The translations under genes were made by a program, and so were the position numbers. This document shows positions 9,301-17,389 of a DNA stretch of 38,453 nt, piece by piece (positions within the stretch are counted from its first letter, which is position 1; each line of letters opens with the position of its first letter). The stretch is taken from positions 1 through 38,453 of the IMG/VR virus record IMGVR_UViG_3300020221_000047; one strand, given 5' to 3'. Below the pieces are notes generated by a model that saw only the letters and a program-made list of their open reading frames with translations, had not been told where the DNA came from and did not search any database. The stretch comes from a virus. Lineage: Duplodnaviria; Caudoviricetes.

Positions 9301-12184
9301 GGCTGAACTGGTACAAACAGCAAAGATACTTTCGTCTATAAGAAAGGAGATAGCCGGCATTAAAAAAGATACGAAGAACAAAAAGCGTATATTACGAGAT
9401 GTTGAGCAACGGCTGAAAGCACGAGAAGAATATCTTGATAATAAATATCGTTTCATCGAGCAGGGTATTAGAAAAGCAAGGAAAGAAATGAGCGGTATTA
9501 TGGGCGAACGTACACGGAGACTTGCTCTTGCCAAGGAATACCATGGCATGACAGATAGACATATCGGATTACTTCGTAAAGGAAAGAGCATTCGTGATAT
9601 GACAGACGATGAGTTTGGCGAATTTGTCATGCTCGTAGACAGAGAGGGTGCTGTTATTGCAGAAAAACGAAATGCTATTATGTTACTTGAAGCAACAATC
9701 CTTGAACGTGATTTCCAAAAATGGGACAATTTGCGCCAAGTGCTTGGACTCCCCCAAAATATATCTGACATGACCGCAGTAGAAATAACCTTACTCACAA
9801 ACACACTTCGCCAGTACAAAAAAGGAGACGTGTTCTTGCCAACACGTCTCATGGAGACGCTTGGACACACGAGACTTGAGGGACTCCGTACAGAAAGAGA
9901 GATACGTGAGGACGCGTCAGAATTGTCAGGAAAAGATATTGGAATGGACAAGGGTATTAAAGAAGCACGGTATTTCAAACGGGATAATCTGTTGAGACGA
10001 GCAAGCCCGTTACTTGATGTCATCGTAGGAAAGTTTACGAAAGCAGACATAAAAAGAAAAATAAACGCACAAAAAAATATAGATATTGCAAATGAAGCGA
10101 TAAAGAAAGCGCGCGCGTCCAGAAAACGAAGCGTTCTTGAGCGTATAATCCCTACGGACAAAAAAATAAAAGAATATATGGAGGCAACAACGGAAGGAAG
10201 AACAGAGATTGCAAAAATGATGACAAAAGAAGAACTGGAAGCCGCCAAGTTATTGAGCGCGATGATGTATGAGTATTACAACAGAGGTGTCGCGCAATCC
10301 ATTAAAAGAAAGTTTAATTCTCGTTTCGTTGGCGCATACTACCACCACACACAACGTGGATTTCTTGAGGCGTTGAAAGATGACGGTTTCATCAGCGCGT
10401 TTGTGGAACTGCTTGTAAAAAACAAACACGAGCAAACGATGATGACTATTCTAAACGGGAAAACTGGAGATATTCTTCCATATGAAAAGTTTGTTGGTGC
10501 AAAACAATTTCGTTCCAACACCATGAAAGAAACGCTGAATGTGGCGCAGGCAATGGAGCGATACATATTACAAATGGAAAATGCGTTTGCACTCGATGAA
10601 ATGATACCTGAAGTTATGGCGTATACCTATGCGTTTTCTCCCAAAAAAGAAACCGAGTACGGTGTTAAAATGGACACACGGTTACAAGATTTTGTCAAGG
10701 AATATATAAACACAAAAAAGGGACGACCTGTGAAACTTGTATTTGAGCCCGGTGGATTATTCAATACAATGATTACCATGTCTGTAAAAATAGCACGCAT
10801 GATGCACCTTGGAATTAACATACCGACACAAATCGTGTCCCCCATTGGTGAAATGGTTGCAAACCTGACGAGGCTTGGAGCGAAGAAACTTGCACTAGGA
10901 GAATTGCGCATGAAAACAAAAAAGGGAAAGGTGATACTAGAGAAGTATAAAGGTATCATCGGTATGGGATTGTTTCGGTCGTTTGTAGAGACCTCAAATA
11001 CACCAAACGATGTTGCCATGCTTATTGCTTTTCCTATTTACCACGCAAGTAGTTATCACGCAACAGCACAGTTTGTTCTTGCTTCTCTCACAGAAGAAGA
11101 GTACATATCTGGTGATGTATCTCTTGAGCGTATGACGGAGATTATGCTATCCGCTGGGAAATATAGAAAAATAGAAGGTCAAGAGTCTATCAGGGGACAC
11201 TCTTCTGAAATAAATGCACTCAGTTTGTACCGAGGATGGGCTATTCCTCTTGTAAACGGCGTGTTCACAACAGCAATTGACCTTACGAAAATGATAAAAA
11301 AGGATGGTATTAACGCGTTGAAAACTCCTGAAGCGAGAGAAATGTATTATGCAATAGGTGTTGGGTTGTCAATACTTACATTGTTTGGTTCTCTATACGA
11401 TGACCTTGAAGACAAGGACGACCGTACCGTCATAGAAGATGTTATATTCAAAGCAATCCGAGAAGCAAACACGATTTACGGAGCATTTGATATAACTATG
11501 TGGACACAAAGTGCGTATTTGGACTTTATCGGAAACGTTGCGAACTCTTTATGGAGCATCATTACACTTGAGAGGAATAGCAAAGGTGATTTTGTTGGTA
11601 TGGGGAAATTGAGCAAAACACTTACGCCAAACATAATAAAACGGATACTTCCTGACGAAGAAAAACAATCAGTAAAAATGTCTGGCTCAGTAAAGAAATA
11701 TATTGAAAAAGGAAACGTAACAAAAGAGACTGTTGCAACTATTGCGGAGGAGTTGTTCGGAACATTGTATACAGAAGGAAATGAGTCATACAAGAGAAAT
11801 AAAGAAAAACAAATTATCCGTGCGGTTGCCTTGTATACGACATACGGAAGTGATGATGAGTTTGCAAATGTTCTCGTCAAGGAGTCAGATCATAATGTGA
11901 TAAAATTATATGTACTTGAACATGACACGAACGTGGCAAGGTATAAAGAAAAAATAAAAATGTTCGGTATTGTAAGTAGTATTATCAGCGAAGACTTCAA
12001 AAAACAACTCGAGTCAATACGGAATGCAAATAATGCGGATAAAGAACGTATACAAGAAATACTTACAGCAAAAGATGAAGATAAGAAAAAAGAGATATTG
12101 TCAAGTGATATCAACTTTGCGAAACGTGCGTTTCAAAAATATGGTATTATTAACAAAGACCTTTATCAGTCAATCATAGACTAA
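3323..12184 (+). CDS. Large polyvalent (probably ejected) protein with two ART-like domains and two zincin (HExxH) metallopeptidase-like domains
   Basis: 2953 aa. LVYHGT...AFWFTDDPATAKAYA...YAVFNAEQIK (ART-PolyVal-like); KIYHST...SISFAD...EGEIVV (ART-like); HEVFH...EEWLADDF and HEVVH...EERVAEGY (zincin-like). Gly/Ala-rich hydrophobic segments near the N-terminus. Confidence 0.8.
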   Translation: MQRPSFLDDTDNNVSPTSKRPSFLDGADYSVTPKTVTPTETKEKKNAWELLGELGSNVGKVGSNIGKIITTPEGREDFAMSLEGGVKSLTKATYDYADLFWGGASKALQSVGLPNTVASATKESVREKSDVVNKELRDFMEGYELAYSPEYVKKQDEIRRAETDIRLMENDINMLKKEIDSFPETFATQKERDEAGKKINEYNRMIERSEGLFSKIDTLLSEEKGFIDRITGEGGVHEISKILGMSLPTTAALYGAGIVTGGSVPVLLATSYMANAGFAYGEAKEYVANSGINMDSQTEDKLGKIAILVGAMTAPLDTLGFEGVMANKDFLNIKNTLIKNIVRPILDTGIGAVSEGGTEFLQEVISNAWAMTYDEHRTLLDNTYEAAFAGALMGGGVAVTQYATGSAQKQRAELDKLRASWKLILGSDTMLQTYIAEEVKNGSSGKDIVANIQKNAKDIGKTVDIQKVADDVSSVVSAWKNTSAQIQHTIATEGKSKAILDVVAKGETTEKAEEIIAMLSKDATPQKETDVQMTDIESTLTNILPAKKETSLTEKTPAMLLEEIDTMRGDTEEIDTTIADLKQRIDEAQTGSQEKKDLKIQLSNMQKQRASSDVAYQERLQTHAKDFRTFVKSYIHNTYANKGLSNEDIDTIIDSVVSESVGTSEKTLGEIIDGIVGEHKKKNVSGVKKKEKVVVKNEKDVKTKTDGDTKNKKSNAEALAMANDANQATSDASLLQEARKYKSAEEFIKAQGTLVYHGTASKFEIFDPKFKGYSTDAESAKGAFWFTDDPATAKAYAIYAAEDAPVQRLLKQADEAEKLAQKTGKESDWAKYDKLIEESEKLAEYDATFKRREMANVKEAYVKGEFLEIDAKGKTPQELSTDDNIDSWLNSKIKEAIKKNKAGLKIINIDDAVGLYNKPSTHYAVFNAEQIKTQSQLTDIWNKAHSQQQASPEQALIEEAKKYGSAEEFVNAQPTKIYHSTSAENKATILREGFKKGSELPEEAFRGGGHGSMQDSISFADNVKDASRFGISQKNTLIEAELKPNSKIIDRTDIEFAEELNYEIPKLLKEGVDAVRLPNTGEGEIVVINPKAIGKITNSFDYKGVEAKNLDKLFQSKTKTQSQLIDIWNEAHDAKFKKKDLSSIKRNMTPDQAKKFVQSVFGDSVDARSLRGAFFGETDGMYSPAKVWRKAMVEYKVINGLTDRRIVFHEVFHAFLEKNLSKEEYNALIEKTMNSPLLQASLNTQFPSYETKREKAEEWLADDFARYVDSVMGNETAVYEKTNKTLYKKLLEVIRTFVRNAIGAQKIYSDILSRVDMDMFKDELAETGEMILRSSGVMDEMKNAREIIKDIPMSELIGKWNGYIQSGKSSLSGIFDRVLAMAIPQAVAVEQEMQNTNRVDFLEDVKTRLKIDFDVYLVDTIIAGVKNDAVTGVKNVEAWGITLDNSIAIVKDAVKNTDKHEVVHLVLANAENIPVMREHGITKEKILTAQATSEGKTYKDLTLSERVEIEERVAEGYEAYKGGKQYAGIVGTFYRLLKQGMDAVQTLLGHVDEVQRFYDILETETAGAQEVVRIKNNGVLSSLIEDSVLDARGSEHSLRDYDSVRKMDIVKTKEVDPLIKEAQKYETLEEYVQEQNNTTRRKKLINEIKDIIDNKKEKVDVEQDIEDEVNDTVFDAEDAVNSGYLKEADDELLPDDVSYGYIDDGKLIYEDSDAGYIVINGKQSDYYGIDNYLEESGITDSLRNDLRDKLHKESSDHQKNIIVNKRVEHLKKEMLAYSDEQLYALKNNLENTGYKGKPSMSQRYISANDDVEYDITIIQKASARHSNTEYDEIRKSEDFVNFDGDVEELKKTIGSDFSVDTRTLPDIWNEAHDAKFKKKDDIIERTREERDTDVLVNRTKGDYNIVSLAIERLSEKLGKAIDDFKETHIEKWEMLDEKITEFYEDENINDIKDIARNMTRSYAITSKGMEKIEMRGLIPKEITEKAIEYRKTKAELVQTAKILSSIRKEIAGIKKDTKNKKRILRDVEQRLKAREEYLDNKYRFIEQGIRKARKEMSGIMGERTRRLALAKEYHGMTDRHIGLLRKGKSIRDMTDDEFGEFVMLVDREGAVIAEKRNAIMLLEATILERDFQKWDNLRQVLGLPQNISDMTAVEITLLTNTLRQYKKGDVFLPTRLMETLGHTRLEGLRTEREIREDASELSGKDIGMDKGIKEARYFKRDNLLRRASPLLDVIVGKFTKADIKRKINAQKNIDIANEAIKKARASRKRSVLERIIPTDKKIKEYMEATTEGRTEIAKMMTKEELEAAKLLSAMMYEYYNRGVAQSIKRKFNSRFVGAYYHHTQRGFLEALKDDGFISAFVELLVKNKHEQTMMTILNGKTGDILPYEKFVGAKQFRSNTMKETLNVAQAMERYILQMENAFALDEMIPEVMAYTYAFSPKKETEYGVKMDTRLQDFVKEYINTKKGRPVKLVFEPGGLFNTMITMSVKIARMMHLGINIPTQIVSPIGEMVANLTRLGAKKLALGELRMKTKKGKVILEKYKGIIGMGLFRSFVETSNTPNDVAMLIAFPIYHASSYHATAQFVLASLTEEEYISGDVSLERMTEIMLSAGKYRKIEGQESIRGHSSEINALSLYRGWAIPLVNGVFTTAIDLTKMIKKDGINALKTPEAREMYYAIGVGLSILTLFGSLYDDLEDKDDRTVIEDVIFKAIREANTIYGAFDITMWTQSAYLDFIGNVANSLWSIITLERNSKGDFVGMGKLSKTLTPNIIKRILPDEEKQSVKMSGSVKKYIEKGNVTKETVATIAEELFGTLYTEGNESYKRNKEKQIIRAVALYTTYGSDDEFANVLVKESDHNVIKLYVLEHDTNVARYKEKIKMFGIVSSIISEDFKKQLESIRNANNADKERIQEILTAKDEDKKKEILSSDINFAKRAFQKYGIINKDLYQSIID
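6115..6708 (+). repeat. 33-bp direct repeat pair (6115-6147 and 6676-6708, 2 mismatches) at cassette right borders
   Basis: aaaaacccaatcccaactaaccgacatctggaa vs aaaaacccaatcccaactgatcgacatctggaa; spacing 561 bp (in frame). Confidence 0.95.
6697..8961 (+). repeat. 45-bp exact direct repeat pair (6697-6741 and 8917-8961)
   Basis: cgacatctggaacgaagcacatgacgcaaagtttaagaagaaaga occurs twice, encoding DIWNEAHDAKFKKKD; spacing 2220 bp (in frame). Confidence 0.97.
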
Positions 12185-12189
12185 CTAAC

Positions 12190-13239
12190 ATGACACAAGA
12201 CACACTCACCGGCACATTTGTTGCCGAAGACGCACGCACAGATGAGGAAAAAGCACAAGATTATACTTCGGACGAGATACTCGGAGGAAGTGTTGTTTTG
12301 CCCGTGTGGCAAGAAAAAGAAAAGTTTGACTGGGATATATGGTCGCTCCGAGATCAGATAAATTCATCATCATGTGGAGGGCAGGCAGGGGCAAAGGCGA
12401 TAGAGGGATTTTATCATGTCGTCGCTTCCGCAACACCGATATATCGTCATAGGGCGAACTTCGCAGGTGAGGGTATGTGGCAACAGAACATCGGAGACAT
12501 TCTGAAAAAGATAGGTACGACAAGCGAAGCACGCATGACTTCGCAGAAGATAACAGAAGAAAAACTCAACTCATTCACACTCGCAGATATTGCGGATACG
12601 CTCAGGGATGAAAAGTACACAATAAGCGCGTATTACTTTCTCGGAAGTGGAAAAAATGCAAACATGGACGCAATCGCGCAAGCACTCGCTCTGGGACATG
12701 CGGTGATATTCCTTGTACGGACGAATGGGAATGAATGGCAAGAGGTCGTAACTTATAAAGGCGGAGACATCACGTTCTCGCATTTCGTTACGGCGGTTGG
12801 GAAACATAACTTCACTCTCTATAATGGAGAAAAGAGCGTCGTGATAGACGACTCGTGCAATGCGTTCTCCACACTGAAAAAGGATGGGCAACCGACAGGG
12901 CAACGCATTCTCACAGAGATGTTTATTCGTGAACGTGTTGCAGGGGTTATGGCTATCGTGCCGTCATTGGTAGAGGCAAAGCCAAAGCATACATTCACGA
13001 AATACCTCACGTATGGACTTCGGGTAGATAAGGACGTGGTCGCATTGCAGGACATTCTGAAACACGTAGGATACATGAGCAGAGACATACCAAGCACGGG
13101 CAACTTCTTGCAACTCACTGCGAAGGCGGTCGTTGCGTGGCAGGTTGCCAATGGTATGGATGATTTCGCCAATGCGCCGTTGTCGAGCGTGCGCGTGGGA
13201 CCGAAGTCTGTAGCATTACTCAATAAACTATATTCATAA
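12190..13239 (+). CDS. Putative endolysin: papain-like (C1-type) cysteine peptidase plus C-terminal peptidoglycan-binding domain
   Basis: DQINSSSCGGQA (Gln/Cys), SHFVTAVG (His), VIDDS; C-terminal DVVALQDIL...TGNFLQLTAKAVVAWQ...VGPKSVALLN is PG_binding_1-like; next to a holin. Confidence 0.75.
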   Translation: MTQDTLTGTFVAEDARTDEEKAQDYTSDEILGGSVVLPVWQEKEKFDWDIWSLRDQINSSSCGGQAGAKAIEGFYHVVASATPIYRHRANFAGEGMWQQNIGDILKKIGTTSEARMTSQKITEEKLNSFTLADIADTLRDEKYTISAYYFLGSGKNANMDAIAQALALGHAVIFLVRTNGNEWQEVVTYKGGDITFSHFVTAVGKHNFTLYNGEKSVVIDDSCNAFSTLKKDGQPTGQRILTEMFIRERVAGVMAIVPSLVEAKPKHTFTKYLTYGLRVDKDVVALQDILKHVGYMSRDIPSTGNFLQLTAKAVVAWQVANGMDDFANAPLSSVRVGPKSVALLNKLYS

Positions 13240-13240
13240 T

Positions 13241-13501
13241 ATGGACATCACAACTCTTAATCAACTTTTGTCCACGGACGGTGTGGCAGTATCTGTTATC
13301 GTTCTTGCTCTCACGGAATACGTGAAAAGCACGAACTACATCACAGAGAGATACATTCCACTTGTGCCAGTACTCGTTGGTATCCTTTCTGGATTGTACT
13401 TCTTCGGGCTGTCTCTTGACGGAGCCGTTGTGGGACTTCTCACTGGACTAGGAACCATGGGGATATTCAAGATTGGCAAGACAACGATTGTTGGTGCATA
13501 A
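13241..13501 (+). CDS. Holin
   Basis: 86 aa, 2-3 hydrophobic segments, RYIPLVPVLVG motif, directly after the lysin. Confidence 0.8.
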   Translation: MDITTLNQLLSTDGVAVSVIVLALTEYVKSTNYITERYIPLVPVLVGILSGLYFFGLSLDGAVVGLLTGLGTMGIFKIGKTTIVGA

Positions 13502-13553
13502 TATCCACAGGCACTAGAAAGAAGGATATTGCAATCCAACATTTTGATTTAAG

Positions 13554-13581
13554 TACGAAAGCCCCTTACGGGGCTTTCGTA
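13554..13581. terminator. Probable bidirectional intrinsic terminator
   Basis: Perfect 12-bp stem tacgaaagcccc-ttac-ggggctttcgta between convergent genes. Confidence 0.8.
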
Positions 13582-13587
13582 TATGTA

Positions 13588-13968
13588 TCACACTTCCTTT
13601 ATTTCTATGCCGTGCACCGCAAACATGAGTGCTTTTTTTATTCTATATACGTCAGTAACCTTACCTTTGACATCGATATATTCTGTATGTCCGTCTGCAT
13701 AGATAACCTCAAAATCTAGGATATATTTACAGATGTGATGTCCGTTTACTTGTATCGTAAACGAAACTTGCGGAGTCCATGAAATGACACGGTCATGTAT
13801 TGACATTGCCATTTTTTGCATATCTAATGTTTTTGCGTATATTGCTTCTTTCTTGGAGTGATATTTACGTCCGTTATATTCAGTAATAACGTTGCCGTAC
13901 TTGGATTTTCTGGCATATGTTACTCCGTGTCTGTATGTTTGTGCTTTTTCTTTTGTGTATTTCGTCAT
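13588..13968 (-). CDS. DUF1064-family PD-(D/E)XK nuclease-like protein
   Basis: SKYGN...YHSKKEA...KYILDFEVIYADGHTEYIDVKG...YRIKKALM signature. Confidence 0.85.
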   Translation of the reverse strand: MTKYTKEKAQTYRHGVTYARKSKYGNVITEYNGRKYHSKKEAIYAKTLDMQKMAMSIHDRVISWTPQVSFTIQVNGHHICKYILDFEVIYADGHTEYIDVKGKVTDVYRIKKALMFAVHGIEIKEV

Positions 13969-14071
13969 GTAGACTGTCTTGTATTGTCAGTTTATTAGCT
14001 CAAAATAGTACCGTGGTTGTATTTGAATGTAATAAACGTAGTAGTTATCGTTTTTTGTTTTTTCGCACAAC

Positions 14072-14293
14072 CTAGAGGCGAATAGACGGCTTTTTACTCT
14101 TTTTCAAACGATAAAAACGAAACTTATTGCTAAAACTTGTATATACTAACGATACGGTCGCTTTTATAATCTCTTCGTTTGCTCCGTCTTTTGAAAGCAT
14201 TGTTAATGCTTCTTTTTGGAACATGGCAAGATTTCGATCGTGATAATACTTTATACGCATGAGTGCTCCGATGTTTTTGTTGTTTTTCTTCAT
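14072..14293 (-). CDS. Small basic hypothetical protein
   Basis: ORF (MKKNNKN... start chosen) co-oriented with DUF1064, divergent from the replication operon. Confidence 0.5.
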   Translation of the reverse strand: MKKNNKNIGALMRIKYYHDRNLAMFQKEALTMLSKDGANEEIIKATVSLVYTSFSNKFRFYRLKKSKKPSIRL

Positions 14294-14480
14294 GTAAACA
14301 TGGTAACACGACACAAAACAAAAAACAACTAGTCGTTATCCACAGGTGTGGTTGTCTATGTGTTATTGAATTTGTTATTATGTTATTGCGGGCGACGGCT
14401 CGTATTATAAATAACCTTATGACCGGCAGAGGTAGCATTCTCATAAGGTGTGCTACCTCTATCGGCATCCAAAACATAAT

Positions 14481-15218
14481 ATGATGCAATACATAAAAGG
14501 AGATTTTATTACAGTCCCAAACAAGAGTGCGCTCATAGGAAAGAAACCACACCTTGTGGCTACATTCTTTTGGCTCTGCTCGTTCGCTGACGAGAACGGA
14601 GCATGTTTCCCTGCGTATAAGACAATAGCAAAATACTCAGGTATCCATAAAAGAACCGTGATACGGAATGTTGCTGAACTCGTAGAAATGGGTATGTTGA
14701 AAAAAACAGCACGTCTCAATAATGACGAAAACTCGTCAAACTACTACCAGATTCTTCTAACGGGTGTTGAAAAAACATCACCTAGTGGCACACAAACACC
14801 AGACATAGTGGTGCACAGTTGCCTAGGTAGTGGCACACAATCACCCATAACTATATCCAAAGAACTATATCCAATTGAACTATATCCACATAACTATAGC
14901 GAGCGTGTTTTTTTTGAAAAAAACCAACAGTCTTTTGAAATTTTTTGGAAAGAATATCCTAAACGAATGGCAAAATCACAAGCAATTAAAGCATGGAAAA
15001 AACTCAATCCTTCGGACGAATTGCAAAAGAAAATACTAAAAGATATACAGAAAAGAAAAAAAACTGATAGTTGGTTGAAAAACAATGGACAATTTATCCC
15101 TTACCCAGCGACATACATCAACAATGCAAGGTGGGAGGATGAAATAAAGACGACCACAAAAAATAGTAACTTTATCAATAACAGAGAGGTCTATGTGGAA
15201 GACCAAGACACTGACTAA
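14481..15218 (+). CDS. Phage replication initiator (lambda O-like; N-terminal HTH, C-terminal FEIFWKEYPK domain)
   Basis: CFPAYKTIAKYSGIHKRTVIRNVAELVEMG HTH; FWKEYPKR...IPYPATYINNARWEDE; upstream of loader and helicase. ATG at 14481 preferred over GTG at 14448. Confidence 0.85.
   Translation: MMQYIKGDFITVPNKSALIGKKPHLVATFFWLCSFADENGACFPAYKTIAKYSGIHKRTVIRNVAELVEMGMLKKTARLNNDENSSNYYQILLTGVEKTSPSGTQTPDIVVHSCLGSGTQSPITISKELYPIELYPHNYSERVFFEKNQQSFEIFWKEYPKRMAKSQAIKAWKKLNPSDELQKKILKDIQKRKKTDSWLKNNGQFIPYPATYINNARWEDEIKTTTKNSNFINNREVYVEDQDTD
14783..14898 (+). promoter_or_regulatory. Putative replication origin iterons inside the initiator gene
   Basis: tagtggcacacaa (14783), tagtggtgcacag (14806), tagtggcacacaa (14828); then aactatatcca at 14849, 14863, 14878; followed by A/T runs. 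Confidence 0.7.
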
Positions 15219-15750
15219 CATGACACCAAAACAACTTTTTGAAAATGCGTCAATAGATACATTGTCAAATGAAATACAAGAAAAAGTAAGATCAGCAAAA
15301 GAAACACGCCGTGGATTGTACATTCATGGGAAAGTTGGCGTAGGAAAAACATACATGATGCACGCAATAAAAAATTACTTCACGAAAACATATAATCGTG
15401 CATGGTTTGAAAATTATACGGAAATGGTAGCGACAATAAAAAACGAGTCTCTGTCAAATTATGGATTTTCAGAGACACTTGACAAATTAAAAAAATATGA
15501 GTATCCAGTTTTTATTGACGACATCACAACAGAGAGAGTAACCGACTTTCAAGAAGAGATTATGTACCGCATCCTCGACAGCAGGTATGACAGTGGGTAC
15601 ATTACATATCTCTCATCGAACAGAGACACCGACGCTATCACTAATGTCTTTGGTTCACGTATCACATCACGCATACTAGGCATGTGTGATAAAATGGAAA
15701 TAAAAGGAAAAGATTTACGTATGAAGGAGGCACTTGACAAAACAAAATAA
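15193..15750 (+). CDS. DnaC/IstB-like AAA+ helicase loader
   Basis: Walker A GKVGVGKT, Walker B VFIDD, ILDSRY, SSN, SRITSRI; start may be 15220. Confidence 0.9.
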   Translation: MWKTKTLTNMTPKQLFENASIDTLSNEIQEKVRSAKETRRGLYIHGKVGVGKTYMMHAIKNYFTKTYNRAWFENYTEMVATIKNESLSNYGFSETLDKLKKYEYPVFIDDITTERVTDFQEEIMYRILDSRYDSGYITYLSSNRDTDAITNVFGSRITSRILGMCDKMEIKGKDLRMKEALDKTK

Positions 15751-15764
15751 AAAAGCAAAACTAC

Positions 15765-15800
15765 TTATCCACAGGTATACAACACACATAATGGTATACT
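15765..15800 (+). promoter_or_regulatory. DnaA-box motif plus extended -10 promoter, probably leaderless dnaB transcript
   Basis: TTATCCACA 15765-15773; TGgTATACT ends at 15800, 7 nt before the ATG at 15808. Confidence 0.6.
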
Positions 15801-15807
15801 TGTAGAC

Positions 15808-17115
15808 ATGCACCAGAAGCCAAAAATAATTAGTGATGTAGAAATGGAAAAGGCATTGATTGGTTCGCTTCTCATAAAGCCAACAAACATTGTCGAGGTC
15901 GTATCCATTGTGCAGGAAAGTGATTTTTACGACAAAAAAAATGGTGCAATTTATCAGGGGTGCGTAGATATATTTTCAAAAACAAATACGATAGATATAG
16001 GATTACTTTCGAGTCATTTGAAAGAAAATAAACACCTTGAATTCGTTGGTGGTACAGTACACATCTCCGAACTCATGGAGAAAACACCGTCCGCGTCAAA
16101 TGCAGTATACTACGCGCGCATCGTGAAAGAAAAATCTGTACGTAGGTTGTTGCGAGAGACGGCAAGAAAGATATTTCACCAAGCAGAGACAGGTGAAATG
16201 GATGACATTGTAGAAACATTTACTACGATAGCGCAAACAATAACAGGACAAGAAGAAAATCCAAATACCGAAGAAATGTTTTTGGAAATAGTAAAAGAGC
16301 AAAAAGCATATGAAGAGATGCGTAAACAAGGAAGAGACCTACTCGGGTATTCAACAGGGTTTGGAACAATAGACATGATGACAGAAGGGTTGAGAAAGGG
16401 AAAGTTTTGGATTGTTGGTGGAAACCCCGGTGGCGGGAAAACAACATTTGCGTTGAATGTAATGGACACACTTATCACACAACATGTACGACCACTTTTT
16501 TTCTCTCTGGAAATGGACAAAGCGTCAATCGCCCTGCGTATCATAGGGAAACGTCTTGGACTAAACGAATGGAAAATACTTAAAGGAAAATTATCAGAGG
16601 CAGAACAGCGAGCAGTGGACGACGAAAAAAAGAGGCTACAGAAAAGCGGGATGCTTGTGTACAAAATGCAACACTCCATACATAAAATAATCACGATAGC
16701 ACGAGCTGAAATAGCCATGAAACGTGCAGACGCAATCTTCGTCGATTACGCACAAATGATTGACGGCGGAAAAAAAGATACCGTAGAGAACATGAATGAG
16801 GTGGCTCTTTCACTACAGTCTCTCGCAGGAGAATTGAATGTTCCTATTATGCTCATTTCACAATTAAACAACGAATCGAGAAAAACACACTCAGCATTCG
16901 TTTCTGGCTTCAAAGGATCGGGAACGTTCGAGCAGGCGGCAGATGTAGGGATAGTACTTCGTTCACCAGAAGAACAATCAATAAAAGAAACAACGAAAGA
17001 AGGAAGAGAAATCGAGGCACATTTCATGAAAGTGAGAAATGGTCGCACTGGAGTCGTAAAATTAGACTTCCTCGGCGATATAGGACTTTTCAGAGAATTA
17101 TTAGATTATTTTTAA
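15808..17115 (+). CDS. dnaB: Replicative DNA helicase DnaB-like
   Basis: N-terminal EKALIGSLL...DFY; Walker A GNPGGGKTT; FFSLEM; IFVDYAQM; ISQLN; GSGTFEQAADV; KVRNGRTG. Confidence 0.95.
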   Translation: MHQKPKIISDVEMEKALIGSLLIKPTNIVEVVSIVQESDFYDKKNGAIYQGCVDIFSKTNTIDIGLLSSHLKENKHLEFVGGTVHISELMEKTPSASNAVYYARIVKEKSVRRLLRETARKIFHQAETGEMDDIVETFTTIAQTITGQEENPNTEEMFLEIVKEQKAYEEMRKQGRDLLGYSTGFGTIDMMTEGLRKGKFWIVGGNPGGGKTTFALNVMDTLITQHVRPLFFSLEMDKASIALRIIGKRLGLNEWKILKGKLSEAEQRAVDDEKKRLQKSGMLVYKMQHSIHKIITIARAEIAMKRADAIFVDYAQMIDGGKKDTVENMNEVALSLQSLAGELNVPIMLISQLNNESRKTHSAFVSGFKGSGTFEQAADVGIVLRSPEEQSIKETTKEGREIEAHFMKVRNGRTGVVKLDFLGDIGLFRELLDYF

Positions 17116-17122
17116 TTTCACC

Positions 17123-17359
17123 ATGACAGATACACAACAAAAGATTTATGAGATTACTGAGGCGATTATCAGCGGACTGCAAAGAAACTGGAACGAAGAC
17201 CTTATCCCAATAGAAACACAAGAAGAGTATGACGCACTTGTGGACGAACTCGCGATATTGTCTGCGAAACATCGCCTCGAAGAGGTTATCAGAAGGACGC
17301 AAAACAATGTGATATACGATTTTGCGAATACGTCGTATAGGCGTATTTGTGAAAAATAA
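17123..17359 (+). CDS. Hypothetical protein
   Basis: 78-aa ORF tightly packed in the operon. Confidence 0.65.
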   Translation: MTDTQQKIYEITEAIISGLQRNWNEDLIPIETQEEYDALVDELAILSAKHRLEEVIRRTQNNVIYDFANTSYRRICEK

Positions 17360-17389
17360 TTACTAACGACTAACGATTTATTAACGATT

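Noticed and set aside
3607-12114. Long minus-strand ORFs (e.g. 9148-10248, 3607-4470)
   Set aside because: Antisense shadows of the giant gene; Ser/Phe/Ile-rich with no motifs.
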